64,000 nucleotides of DNA, taken from positions 33,356,001 through 33,420,000 of the forward strand of contig OX597830.1 of assembly GCA_951406725.2 (NCBI GenBank), written 5' to 3'. This DNA is from Octopus vulgaris (taxonomy: Eukaryota). Of this stretch, positions 26,583 through 39,400 are shown in pieces. The notes under the pieces were generated by a model that saw only the letters and a program-made list of their open reading frames with translations, searched no databases and was not told where the DNA came from. A program made the translations under genes and the position numbers. The stretch's first letter is position 1. Each line of letters starts with the position of its first letter.

Positions 26583-27466
26583 TGAGTTCTAATCGATAAG
26601 TATCCGGTCTATTGCCTTAGTATTGAAGCTAAAGCATGCAGAGTGAAACCGGTTGGCCAATATTGACCTTGAACTCTGCTGTGCATGCACATTAAGTTTT
26701 AACTTTCTAGCTCACTTCCACTTTTTAGAAGGAAAATGTGTAATGTGTAATTGTTGCATTGAGCATGACAGAGAAAGTTGTCATAGCGTTACCTGCTCAG
26801 AAAAACCATACAAAGTTGCAGAAAGTGTATGCAGAGGAGTGTATGAGCAGCACACAACTGTACAAGTGGTTCAAACATTTCCAAGATGTCTGAAAGATGT
26901 CAATATTGATGAACGTTCTGGAAGACCTGCAACCAGCAGAACTGAGAAAAACATCATAGATGTGCAAGCAGCTGTGAGGGAAAATTGTCGAATCACCATC
27001 TATGAGTTATCAGAGGATGTGCAGATTAGTTATGGTTCAGTTCAGTCCATTATCACTGAAGATTTGGATATGAGATGCGTATCTGCCAAGTTTGTGCCAA
27101 TACTGTTTTCATCTGGCCAAAAAGACACTCGGGTTTCAGTTGCACAAGATCCCCTTGATTGTGTCTAGAACGATGAAAACTTTTTAAAAACTTTGCCGTA
27201 GGCCTCTGAGCAGGTATTGCCAAGCTTTTGACAAAATTTGATGCAGATTCTCCGCTCAACTTTATTTGTCATGTTCAATGCAACAATCACATGCTACATA
27301 CTTTCCTTCCAAGAACTGCTGTAAATAGTGGACGTAAGCTAAAACATTAAAACTTAGTGTACATGCACAACAAAGATCAAGGTCAATCTGTGCCAAGCGG
27401 CTTTACTCTGTGTTCTTTAGCTTTATTACTATGGCAACAGTCCGGACACTTATTGACAAGACTACG
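26583..27466 (+). mobile_element. Internally deleted mariner-like transposon with ~120 bp TIRs
   Basis: TA flanks. 26583-26703 matches the reverse complement of about 27345-27466. Residual HTH region DERSGRPATSRT...RITIYELSEDVQISYGSVQSIITEDLDMRCVSAKFVP; no DDD domain. Confidence 0.9.
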
Positions 27467-27538
27467 TATATATATATATATATTTTGTGTATCAGTTTGC
27501 TTGTCTACATAAATACCTTTGTCTCTGTGTATATATAT

Positions 27539-27594
<56 letters not shown>

Positions 27595-27617
27595 CTGAAA
27601 CACTCCGGTCACAACCT

Positions 27618-27660
27618 GGGACCTTGAAGATGCTTTAATGCAAGAAAGTATACTAGTCCC
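27618..27660 (+). ncRNA. Minimal hammerhead-like motif with core insertions
   Basis: gggac-CTTGAAGA-tgc-tttaat-gca-a-GAAA-gtatac-TA-gtccc; palindromic stem III. Confidence 0.5.
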
Positions 27661-27821
27661 TTAATATTTTATATTCAATATTTCATCTATTCAAAAAGAC
27701 AATCAATACTTCCTTTCATTTTACTATATATATTATTTACACTATATATTCTGTATTCTACATTAATATTATAAAGAATACAAATAAAACATAAAAAACA
27801 GACAGAATTGGAATTTCTTTG

Positions 27822-27876
<55 letters not shown>

Positions 27877-29247
27877 CACATATGTACACACACACATATA
27901 TACATGTATATATTAGGTGGGGAGAGAGAGCGTGAACTGTAATTTAGCACTATGTAGAATATATGGTATACTCTATATGCAATATTGCAAAGAAATGAGA
28001 GCTATGTCGTATTCAGTGCATCAATTACATGTATAAGTTCTTACTGGAAGCAAGGTGATAAAGTGTAAAGCGATGGAGAGGAGTGACATTAGTGACATTA
28101 TCAGTCGTGATTTTTCCCTCTTGTTGACTCCATCATCTAATATCAAGAATGTTTTTGTTGATTCGTCAAATTTCAAAACAAAATAAAAATGCTATATAGC
28201 CAAGAGTTGTTTTTTTTCTATTTAATTTCTATTATCTTTTTCTCCTTTAAATTAGCATTTTATTACAAAGTTTACAAAATAACAAAACAGCATTGATAAA
28301 GGTTGAAATGTGAGAGAGAAAAAGACGAGTCAAAAACTTCAAATTGTAGAGTTGCTTACTGTGTTCTGTGATACTGCTATTTCAACAATCATGTTGTTTA
28401 TTATCTTATGTTTTCAAGAATTGGTCTTGTCATGACAATGGTATTTTTAATAATATTCTTATTGCACTTCTTACCAAAAGTTTAATTTCTTTCTTTCTTT
28501 CTATGTCATTGCATTTTTTAATTCTTTTTCTTTCTCTTTTTTTTCCTTGTTATACCTTTCATTTTTGAAAATGTCTCAAATGCTACAAATGAATTAATTT
28601 AACAACTCTATTGGAAATTGGTAAATTACTAAAAGTCTAAATTGTGTTGTGGTATTTTCCTTAATTTAAATCATTTTGTTTTCATTTTTTTATCACTTTC
28701 TCAACTATATATTATTATTATTATTATTATTAATGATAATAATAATAATAATATTATTATCACTGTTGTTGTCTTTTTAATATTTAAAAATTTTTATTAT
28801 TATTTTACGTTGTTTTTCTTTTACATTTTGTTTTGTTTCTATCCATATATTCATAATTGATTATTTCTGCACTGTAAACGAGCTCAAAATATGTGTGTGC
28901 GTAGCCAAAAACCTTTTCATCATGTTGACTGTATGAGAAGATAATTTTGAAACTTGTTTCTAAATTAATTTGTATTCAACCAATTTGTTTGTCAGTTTTT
29001 GAAAAACCATCAAAAATCCCAAAATAGTTTTCTCTCAGAGACAGTATTTAATTCAAAGCATTTTGCTGGAAGCTTCTGGAAATTAATTTTGGACTCGCAG
29101 GAGAGTTTTATCTCAGAACATAAATTAGTAAAATATTTTTCTGTCTCATAAAAGAGCTTTTCAAGTAATTATATGATGATGGGAAGTTAACTTGTTAGGT
29201 GGCGGAGAGGATTGTTATTAACAAAATAATAAGTAGCTAGCTAACTG

Positions 29248-29311
29248 GATAGATAGATAGATAGATAGATATATAGATAGATATATAGATAGATAGATAG
29301 GTAAGTAGATG

Positions 29312-29348
<37 letters not shown>

Positions 29349-29353
29349 GTAGG

Positions 29354-29427
<74 letters not shown>

Positions 29428-29746
29428 GATAGATAGATAGGTAGGTAGGTAGATAGATAAATAGATAGATAAATAGATAGATAGATTGATAGATAGATAG
29501 ATAGATACATACATACATACATACATTGATATATTGATAAATAGATAAATAGACAGACAGGTAGATTGATAGGTAGATAGATACATAGGCAGATAGACAG
29601 GCAGACACACACACATGTATGTATGTATGTATGTATTTAAGTATATATATATGTGTGTGTGTGTATGTATGTATGTATGTATGTATGTATGTACATATAT
29701 ATATATATAAATATACATATGTATATACACACACACACATAGATAG

Positions 29747-29815
<69 letters not shown>
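29248..29815. repeat. Compound (ATAG)n/(ATGT)n/(AG)n microsatellite
   Basis: Direct inspection. Confidence 0.97.
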
Positions 29816-29817
<2 letters not shown>

Positions 29818-30190
29818 GAATAAAATAAGTAGATAAAATGTTTGTTTGAAAACAAATATTTAGACATCATGTGAAAAAAATCTGATAACTTTCAGTATTA
29901 TTATAACAAACAGCAATTTCAAACTTATATATGTGTAGCAATATGTTTTAATATTGATTAAAAACTCTAATTACGAAGAGAGTTCGTTGTTGATGTTGTT
30001 GTTGTCTCACTCTAGATAAAACTTAATCAAACAGACCAATGATGAAAGGCAGTTTAGTTATGATTATTTTGTCTTTTTCTCAGATATAAGGTGTGCAGGA
30101 CTCTGTGCGCATGTCTTTTTGTTTGTGTTTGTGTCTGTGCCCCACCAATTGACAATCAGTGTTGACTTATTTCTGTCATTTAGCTTAGTG

Positions 30191-30700
30191 TGAACGATTC
30201 TCCTTTACGGCAGGAAGTCATGGCCAATGAGGGTGGAAGATATTAAGCAACTAGAATCCTTCGATCACCTCTCACTACGCCGCATCCTTCATTTGTCTCA
30301 CTTTGTCTCCAACAATTCGGTGCGACACCAGTGCAGAATCACCTCCCTCCGCCAAGTCATCCTAACGAGATGTCTGCATTGGCTGGGTCATGCCCTCCGT
30401 CGTCAACCAGGAGAATTCATCTACGAAGCAATTGCCCCAGCTCCCCTTCAGGGTTGGCAAAAGCGACGTGGTGGACAAAGAAAAACCTGGCTGATGACAG
30501 TCAAGGCTGATCTGGAACCCAACCTAGGCCCCCATATCTATGGCGTTCACTGCTGGAATAAGGAGTGGTTGGAGATCAAGCTGTTGTTAGCCTCAAATCG
30601 CCAGGCCTGGTCGGCGTTTATGGGAAATGCAGCATTGAGGATGAATGAAGCCAACTCAACCCCTCCCAGGTGAATGCTGTAAGAAGAAGAAGAAAGAAGA
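30191..30700 (+). mobile_element. 5'-truncated RTE-clade LINE inserted in a SINE A tail, 13-bp TSD
   Basis: ILLYG..SWP...FDH.SLRRIL...LHWLGHALR...RRGGQRKTW C-terminal motifs and a (GAA)n tail. TSD ATTTAGCTTAGTG at 30178-30190 and 30701-30713. Confidence 0.92.
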
Positions 30701-31084
30701 ATTTAGCTTAGTGGTTCAGCTAAAAAGAATGATAGAACGGGTGCCAGAATTGAAATAAATACTGAACTCAGATAAATACTGGTGATGATTTGTTCAGCTA
30801 ACTCTAAAAGAGGGTGCTCCAGCATGGTTACAGTTCAATGACTAAAAGAGTAAAAGAGTAAAATATATGGTAATGCTGTTAAGAAATTTATTTGCAGAAA
30901 AATACCTGTATCTGTCAGAGAGCGTTGGTTTGTTTACCCTTGAAGAAATGGCATTGAGGTTCCAGTTGAACGCTGGGGTCAATCTAATTAATTAAAGCCT
31001 TCCCACTGACTTTTGAACCTTCTGCTTGTGGTGGTGGTGATTATCATTATTATTATTATTATTATTATTATTCATTATTATTTA

Positions 31085-32520
31085 AGACAGTGATTGTTAG
31101 CATGCCGGGCAAAATGCTTAGTGGTATTTTGTCTGTCTTTACATTCTGAGTTCAAATTCCGCTGAGGTTGACTTTGCCTTTCATCCTTTCAGGGTCAGAA
31201 ATTAAGTACTGGTTATACAGGGGTCGATCTAATCAACTAGCCTCCTCCCTCAAAATTTTTAACCTTGCGCCTAGAGTAGAAAAGATTATTGGAGGTGAGC
31301 TGGCAGAATCATTAGCATGCTAGGCAAAATGCTTAGAAGCAGTTTATCTGTTTTCACGTTCTGAGTTCAAATTCTGTGAAGTCGACTTTGCCTTTCATCC
31401 TTGTGGGGTCGATAAATTAAGTACCAGTTACATTCCTGGGCTGGTCTAATCGACTGCCACCCGCCCAAAACAATTTCAGGCCTTGTGCCTAGAATAGAAA
31501 AGAATATTCATTTATTTTAGCATACTTGGCAAAATGTTTAGCAGTATTTTGTCTGTCTTTACGTTCTGAGTTCAAATTCTGCCAAGGCTGATTTTCGGGA
31601 TTGATAAATTAAGTACTAGTTGCGTACTGGGGTTGATCTAATCGACTAGCCCCTTCCCCCAAAATTTTAAGCCTTGTACCTAGAGTAGAAAAGAATCGTT
31701 AGCATGCTAAGCATTTGCTTAGCAGCAATTAAGTCTGTTTTCATTATCTGAGTTCAAATTCTTATTCTTTACTGCCCACAAGGGGTTACACACAGAGGGG
31801 ACAAACAAGGACAGACAAATGGATTAAGATGGTTATATAGACCCTAGTGTGTAACTGGTACTTATTTAATCGTCTTTGAAAGGATGAAAGGCAAAGTCAA
31901 CCTCGGCAGAATTTGAACTCAGAACATAACGGCAGATGAAATACTGCTAAGCATTTCGCCCACCGTGCCAACATTTCTGCCAGCTTGTCGCCTTGAGTTC
32001 AAATTCTGCTGAGGTTGACTTTGCCTTTCATCCTTTCGGGGTTGATAAATTAAGTACCAGTGAAACACTGGTGTTGATGTACATGACTAGTCCCACACCC
32101 ACAAAATGTCATCATTTCGGGGTCAATAAAATAAGTGCCAGTTTAATACTGGGGCTGATTCATTTAACTTACCCATTCTCCCAAAACCTGCTAGCCCAGT
32201 GCTAATATTTGAAATCCTTATTAGAATCAGAATAAATATGGTGAGCTGGTAGAACTGTTAGCATGCCAGACAAAATGCTGCTCGGCATTTTGTGCATTTT
32301 TACATTCTGAGCTCAAATCCTGTTGTGGTTGACTTTGCCTTTCATCGATTTTGAGCTTGATAAAATAAGTACCAGACAAGGTTTGATGTCCTGGGGTTGA
32401 TGTTATCAACGCCCACCACCTCTCAAAACCAGCTGGCTCTGTGTCAAAATTTAAAACCAGTATCAGCATAAAAAAATCTTGCGTACTTGCCATTAATCTA
32501 CCAAGTTTTGAGTTCAAATC
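31085..32520. mobile_element. Dense cluster of about 8 SINE family B copies and fragments
   Basis: Repeated TGAGTTCAAATT...GACTTTGCCTTTCATCC...TAAGTACC units; antisense copy 31763-31993 with TSD TGAGTTCAAATTCT. Confidence 0.9.
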
Positions 32521-32526
32521 TTGAAA

Positions 32527-32855
32527 ACTGATGTTGGTGTGTTTACATCCCTGTAATTTAGTGGTTCAGCAAAGAGACAGACAGAATAAGTAGTAGGCTT
32601 ACAAAGAATAAGTCCTGGGGTCAATTCGTTTAACTAAAGGTGGTGCTCTAGCATGGCCACAGTCAAATGACTGAAACAAATAAAAATAAAGAATACACAC
32701 ATATATATATGTATTCAGTTCTGTCTACTAAATCCACTAGCAAAGTTTTGGTGAGCCCAAGGCTATAGTGGAAGACACTTGCCCAAAGTACCATGCAGCA
32801 AGACTGAACCTAGAACCATGTGGTTGAGAATCAAGCTTCTTACCACACAGCCACA
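32527..32855. mobile_element. SINE A tail (+) followed by SINE A head (-)
   Basis: 32527-32695 forward tail; 32715-32855 reverse head. Confidence 0.8.
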
Positions 32856-33479
32856 CACACATATATGTATGTAAGTTGGTATCTAGGTATATGTGTGTGA
32901 GTGTGTGTGTGTGTGTGTGTATATATATATTCTTTTGCAAAAAACAATGCAACTTTTTTTCCCCTTTCTCATTTTTAAAAAACTTTTTCAACTAACTATT
33001 CTTGATAAGTCACACTATGACGAAAACCGGTTTGAATAAATATATATTTATATATTTTATCAATTTCTCATTTCATTAAAATTTTCTTTCAATTTAGCAT
33101 TCTGCATTTTTACAATTTTTCCTTGCTTATCATTTCTCCACGTGCGGTCAACACAACCCCACCATTTATTGATCTATATATATATATATATTACCAAGCT
33201 ACCAAGAATTCACAAAGACCTCAAACCCACAAGAGTAAACGAGAGAGACGGAGACAGGCAGAAACAAGGAAAATGCCACTTGTTTTGAACACTATGCAAA
33301 TATTCTTTAAAAAAACAACTTTTCTTTTAATTTTTCTAAATTTAATTGCTTTCCATACTTACAGTTGAAAAAGTCTCAATGACTGAAACCAGTACAGAAA
33401 TGTTTTTTATAAAATTATTTTAGCATTTTCTATCTTGACTTTAATTTCATGTATGTATATATATATATATATATATATA

Positions 33480-33960
33480 TCATCATCATCATCATCATCA
33501 TTATCATCATTCAACGTCCATTTTCCATACTGGCATGGGTTGGACAGTTTGACAGGAGCCGGCCAGGTAGAAAACTGCACCAGACTTCTGTGTCTGTTTT
33601 GGCAGGGTTTTTACAGCTGGATGCCCTTCCTAACACCAACCATCCCCCAAGTGGACTGAGTACTTGCCATGTGGCACTAGCACAGGTGAGGTCAGTGTTG
33701 GTAAGGTTCTTTACAGCTGGATGTCTTTCCAAATGCCAACCACTTTACAGTGTGGACTGGATGCTTTTTACGTGGCACCTGCACTGGCAGGGTCACCAAG
33801 TAACTTGCAAGACAAAGACCCTTTGAGAAGGTGAAGAGACATTGGAGGAGGTGATCTTGTACCAGATGTTGAAAGATCATAGTGAGACAAAGGGATAGTA
33901 ACATGTGTCTTGCTGTAGAGGAGGTACATGGTTACCAGGCTAAAGAAATAGGGAGCGGGA
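33480..33960 (-). mobile_element. Long family E copy with internal duplication
   Basis: Two TTTACAGCTGGATG...CCAACCA units after the (CAT)n tail. Confidence 0.75.
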
Positions 33961-34659
33961 GGGGGGAGAGAGAAAGTGAGTGAGAGAGAAGAGAGGGAGA
34001 CAGAGAAAGTGAGAGAGAGAGTGAGTGAGATAGAGAGAGAGGAGATAGAAAATGAGGAGAGAAACAGGTGTGCTGTTGTAGAAGAGGCCTAATAGTTAAG
34101 GCATTATTCACCTCTGGAGCTGGAGATTGTGGGTCCAAATCCCATTAGGGTCAATATTCAAAGGTATAGGTATGCATATATATATATGCGAAATCAAACT
34201 GGAGTCTGGTGCAGCCCCTCAGCTTACCAGCTCTGGTCAAACTGTCCAACCCATCACATTAAAAGATGATGATAATGATGATGATAATGATGATCACACA
34301 CACACACACACATAAATATATATTGCATATATATATATATATTTATATGCGTGTGTGTGTATATGTGTGTGTGTGTGTATGTATGTGTGTGTGTGTGTGT
34401 GTGTGTCTGTGTGTGTGTGTGTACATGGATATATATGACAGGCTTCCATGCAGTTTCTAACTTCACCTGTCATTTTTCAGGACATGATGCAATGCATATC
34501 AATTTAAGAGCTACCTTTACTACTTTCAGTCATGAAATATGGGACTATGAAACCCTGCAAGACCTTCTTCAGATTTAAAGGATGATGGTTAAATGAAAAT
34601 GCTTTCCTTCACAAACTTTTTTACCAATGAGTGGCTGGTTAAAATTTAATATAAAATTG

Positions 34660-34865
34660 ACTTCAAATTTTGGCACAGGGCCAGCAATTTCGATGAAGGG
34701 AATAAGTTGATTTCATCAACCCCAGTGTTTCATTGGTACTTAATTTATCGACCCCAAAAGGCAAAGTTGACCTTGGTGGAATTTGAACTCAGAACGTAAG
34801 GACTGACAAAAAGCTGCAAAGCATTTTGCCCAACGTGATAACGATTCTATCAGCTTGTTACCTTA
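34660..34865 (-). mobile_element. SINE family B
   Basis: GGTACTTAATTTATCGACCCC...GGAATTTGAACTCAGAACG. Confidence 0.85.
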
Positions 34866-35615
34866 ATCCCTTCCCCGGTGAGTTCTTTTGAAGAAAATGT
34901 TTCATTTCCAGACGATTCTTTTTTTATCAAATGATCTTGCATTCTTGTCTGATGAATCCAAGCTTCTAATAGAAGGTTCATACACATTGTAATCTTCTGA
35001 GCTCAACATTTGGGTGTTAATTTGTAAACAAAAAAAGAAGATGAAAATCAAGAAATGCCAAGAATTGACATATAAACTCGTCTGTGGCTGTTTTCGAAAT
35101 TATGTTTTCTACGAGTTTATTCATCACACTCTGAAAAAGACAAATTGGGTGAAAACAAGTTAACTTGTTTTTGCTGGGTTAAATTTACTCTAAAATTAAA
35201 AGAGAGAAAGAGAAGAACCTGACAAGCTTCTACACAGATCATATCTATTAGATTCCATTCACAAGAGATTGTCCAACTCAAGGCTATGAGAGAAGACACT
35301 TGTCCGAGGTGTTGCATAGTGGGATCAAACCCCAAAAGCTACATGGTTACAAAACAAACCTTCTTACCACACAGCTGTGCCACCACCAACACATTTTGTC
35401 TGACACTCTACTCAATTATTCTGCTATCATCATTTTCATTTTTCATACTCCTTTACACAAAATATTAAACGAATGTTGTTATATACTTAAATCTCCTTAA
35501 TAATATTTGTATCTCTGCATATAAATATATAAAATATCTATATATACACATACATATAAACATATATTTATAGATAGATATACACACATACTTATATGTC
35601 TGTATGTGTGCGTGT

Positions 35616-35751
<136 letters not shown>

Positions 35752-36046
35752 TGTATATGTATGTATTTACCTATTCTGATCAAATCAATGGAGTGTGGGA
35801 GGCAGAATATTTAATGCTACGTATATATATATATAAATTGAAGAGGGTGTCGGTGCAGAGGATTATGTGAATGATGATACAAATGTTGTTGTTTTTTTTC
35901 ATGTTTTTTATAGATATAAATATTAAATAGTCAATGTTTATTTGAATTCAAAGGTTTATATATACATATGTATATACGTATATATATATATATATGTATA
36001 TGTATATTTATATATATATATATATATATGTATATGTATGTATATG

Positions 36047-36083
<37 letters not shown>

Positions 36084-36601
36084 TAAACGTTTCGTTTATT
36101 TTTTTAAAATTAGTAACCAAATAACGAAATAATAATAAGCAATTTCAATCTGAGTCAATGCTTATTTTTATGTATATACTCTCTAACTATCCCGCTCCTC
36201 CTCTCCACACTCACACACCACCATCACCACTATCTTTCTCTCCTTCCCTCTTTCACCAGATTGCAAAGATCAAACAATCAATTCACCCAGATTTTCCACT
36301 TCTTAATTGCTATAACGCAATGCTAATGAATTTAATTACAAATAAACTGGGAGATGTGCCACTTTGATTTATGCCAAACGACACGACACATACTCAATAA
36401 AAGACAGATTTTGTTTGTCAGGCTCTGATTAGCTTGTGTTTGGAAACACTTTTTATTTATTTTCTTTTATTATATAATTGTTTATTTCTTCTGTGTTTAT
36501 TTTCTTTTTGTTCTATCTTTATTTTTATCATTATTGTTACTTATCTATTTTTTTTTACTTTTTTGTCTTTCTTCCTTCCTTAATTTCTACAATGTTTGCA
36601 G

Positions 36602-36745
36602 ACTTCTCCCTGAACGTGATGTCTAACCAGTTTGACTACACAGAGTTCAAGTTGACTAAAAGGTTTCTCATTCACCAGCTTCCTGAAGCTGACATCAGAG
36701 CAACTTTCCATTTCTGCGGTTCGAGACTCTAGACATCAGAGCAGG
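36602..36745 (+). other. Candidate exon (terminal coding or non-coding)
   Basis: Long polypyrimidine tract then tttgcag; one open frame (D)FSLNVMSNQFDYTEFKLTKRFLIHQLPEADIRATFHFCGSRL*; possible donor GG|GTATAC at 36746. Confidence 0.3.
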
Positions 36746-37336
36746 GTATACATTTTGTGAAAGCAAATATTTTTGTCTGACTGACCTGAAAAGTATAACA
36801 TGAAAATTTGCTCCCACAAGGGTTTGAACTTGGGACTTAAAACTAGAATACTGGAAAATATTCATGCTAATGTAAAGATTATTTGCCAATATAATGTGGC
36901 AGTCCTGAATAGGATGAACATTATTGTTATTTAGCCCAAAGAAACATCGTCTCCAGCTGGCTATCGACACACTATCTGCATCCTTATATTTTCAAACAAG
37001 GGAGCTTAGTGTCCCCACCCTGCTTGAGCTGAATGGGGATGCTAAGGGCCCTTGTTCTAGAACAAGGTTACTGAATGTTTCTCATTCAGAGATTTAGAAA
37101 TATTAATTTTTCTATTCATGTTAACGTATTTGATTTTTGCTTAAAGTTATCTGTGCACCTATATAACCAACCATCCATGTGTTTTATAGATCTGTCTCAC
37201 CATGTAGCCATCAATATATTAACATGTATCTTATCATTCATTTATCCATATCTATCTCACCTTTTAATTGCTTGCATTTATATTGATCCTACTTTCCATT
37301 TATCAATCAATCTCACTATATAGTTGTCTAGATATG

Positions 37337-37535
37337 GTAGGCCGCTGAAAAGTTCCTGGCTTTGGGTAAATGAAAATACGGGAGGATCAGTTAATTATGA
37401 TTTTAATCAACATACTACTACACTTATTGCAGTGATCCTTCAGTTATCCGGATCCCTGTAAAAGAACTTAGAAGGTTGGGCCTCCAGCCAGGCTTTTCAC
37501 GATGCCCTTGAAGCCAAAAACTTTTTTGCCTCCCC
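37337..37535. mobile_element. Mariner-type MITE, degenerate
   Basis: gctgaaaagttcctggctt ... aagccaaaaacttttttgc terminal inverted repeats. Confidence 0.55.
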
Positions 37536-37647
37536 ACCTTCCCTGTATCAATCACCCTATCCAGTTGCCTACGTCTGTCTCTCACAATATAATTGACTAT
37601 GCCTCTCTCTCACTATTATATGTCTAGATAAGTTGTCTGTGTGTGTA

Positions 37648-38445
37648 GTCATGGCTGTGTGGTAAGAAGCTTGCTTCCCAACCACATGATCCTGGGTTCA
37701 GTCCCACTGCATGGCACTTTGGGCAAATGTCTTCTGCTATAGCCTTAGGCCAACCAAAGCCTTGTGAGTTGATTTGGTAGATGAAAACTGAAAGATGCCC
37801 ATCGTATATATATATATATATATATATGTGTGTTGTGTGTGTGTGTATGTGCATGTGTGTGTATGTGTGTGTGTGTATGTGTGTGTTTGTATGTATGTCT
37901 GTCTGTCTGTCTGTTTGTTATATATCTGTATGTCTTACGTGGAGGCACATGGCCTAGTGGTTAGAGCAGCGTACTCGCGGTCGAGGGAGCGCAGGTTTGA
38001 ATCTCAGACCAGGCGATGTGTGTGTTTATGAACGAAACACCTAAGCTCCACGCAGCTCCGGCAGAAGGTAATAGCGAAACTTCTGCTGACTCTTTCACCA
38101 CAATTTTCTCTCACTCTTTCCTCCTGTATCTTGCAGCTCACCTGCGACGGACTGGCTTCCTGTCCAGGTGGGGAAACTATACGCCAAGAAACCGGGAAAC
38201 TGGCCCTTATGAGCCAGGCATGGCTTGAGAAGGAACAACCAACGAACCATCTGTATGTCTTTGTGTCTGTGTTTGTCACCCCCATCACCACTTAACAACT
38301 GGTGTTGGTGTGTTTACATCCCTGTAATTAGCAGTTTAGAATAAGTATTACGTACAACCTTTGAATAAGTCCTGGAGTTGACTTGTTTAGCAGTGCTCCA
38401 GCATGGCCGCAATCAAATGAATGAAACAAGTAAAATAAGAAAAAT
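37648..38445 (+). mobile_element. SINE family A interrupted by a family C2 SINE
   Basis: Head 37648-37806; tail about 38262-38445. Confidence 0.85.
37937..38248 (+). mobile_element. SINE family C2 (C head plus V-domain-like tail), 13-bp TSD
   Basis: TGGCCTAGTGG and GGTTTGAATCTC boxes; CCTGCGACGGACTGGCTTCCTGTCCAGG motif. TSD ATCTGTATGTCTT at 37924-37936 and 38249-38261. Confidence 0.88.
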
Positions 38446-38669
38446 GAATGAAAGAATAGCAGAAAGAAAGAATGAACAAGCAAAAAATTGGTAATGGCGG
38501 TGCCCCAGCATGGCCACAGCTCATTAGCTGAAACTAGAAAAATCAAAATCAAAATCAAATCAATTTAGAGCAAGGAATTATAACTTAAACATAAATTAGA
38601 ATGGTTACCAAAGGGTTGTTGGGGTAGAATGTACCTCATAAATAAGGGAGTAAGAGGGTGTGCTAATAG

Positions 38670-38771
38670 CCTCTTACAGCTGTTTCGAGAATAGCTGCTC
38701 ATATGGTGCATTTCTCAGTGAATGAAAAGAAGCTTTGCATAAAATAGCCAACTATTCCATCTTCAGTGAGG
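38670..38771 (-). ncRNA. Hammerhead-ribozyme-like motif, type I, palindromic stem III
   Basis: cctca-CTGAAGA-tggaatagttg...cagctattctc-GAAAC-agct-GTA-agagg. Confidence 0.62.
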
Positions 38772-39346
38772 AAGAATTGAAGGAGATCCTTATTAAAAGA
38801 TATTAGTAGTATAGTAGTATTTATTTGTACTATATATAATTTATAGGTATGCATGTACAAATGTATGTGTATGTGTGCATGTGTGTGTATGCATGTATAT
38901 GTGTGTGTGTGTGTGCATCTTTGTATTTACCCTCACCTCATGACAACAAGTATTGTTTTTTTTATGTCCCTGGAATTCAAAAAACATGGTGAAAAAATAT
39001 GAGACCAAAAGAATAAGTACCAAACTTCACCAAATTACTGCAGCCAATTTCTTCACCTAAACCGTTCAAGATGGTGCTCCAGCATGGCCATTGTCCAATG
39101 ACGAAAAACAAATAAAAGAATTAAACAATATGATAATCATATGATAATGATTAATACCATAAAGATGACTGTATTTGTTTTTGAGTTCATTTATTATTCA
39201 TGCTATCATAAATGAAATAGAATTATGCTAATGAAAATACAAAAAATTATAATAATGTCGATGTGATGATGATGTTAATGATAACAATGACTCTTCTTTT
39301 TAATGTTTTGTATCCAGGTTTTAAGCCATTGAGAAGGATATATATA

Positions 39347-39390
<44 letters not shown>

Positions 39391-39400
39391 CTTTTTTTTT

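Noticed and set aside
31085-32520. Regularly recurring ~200 bp units resembling a CRISPR or satellite array
   Set aside because: Diverged, nested SINE B copies; no constant repeat with unique spacers; eukaryotic context.
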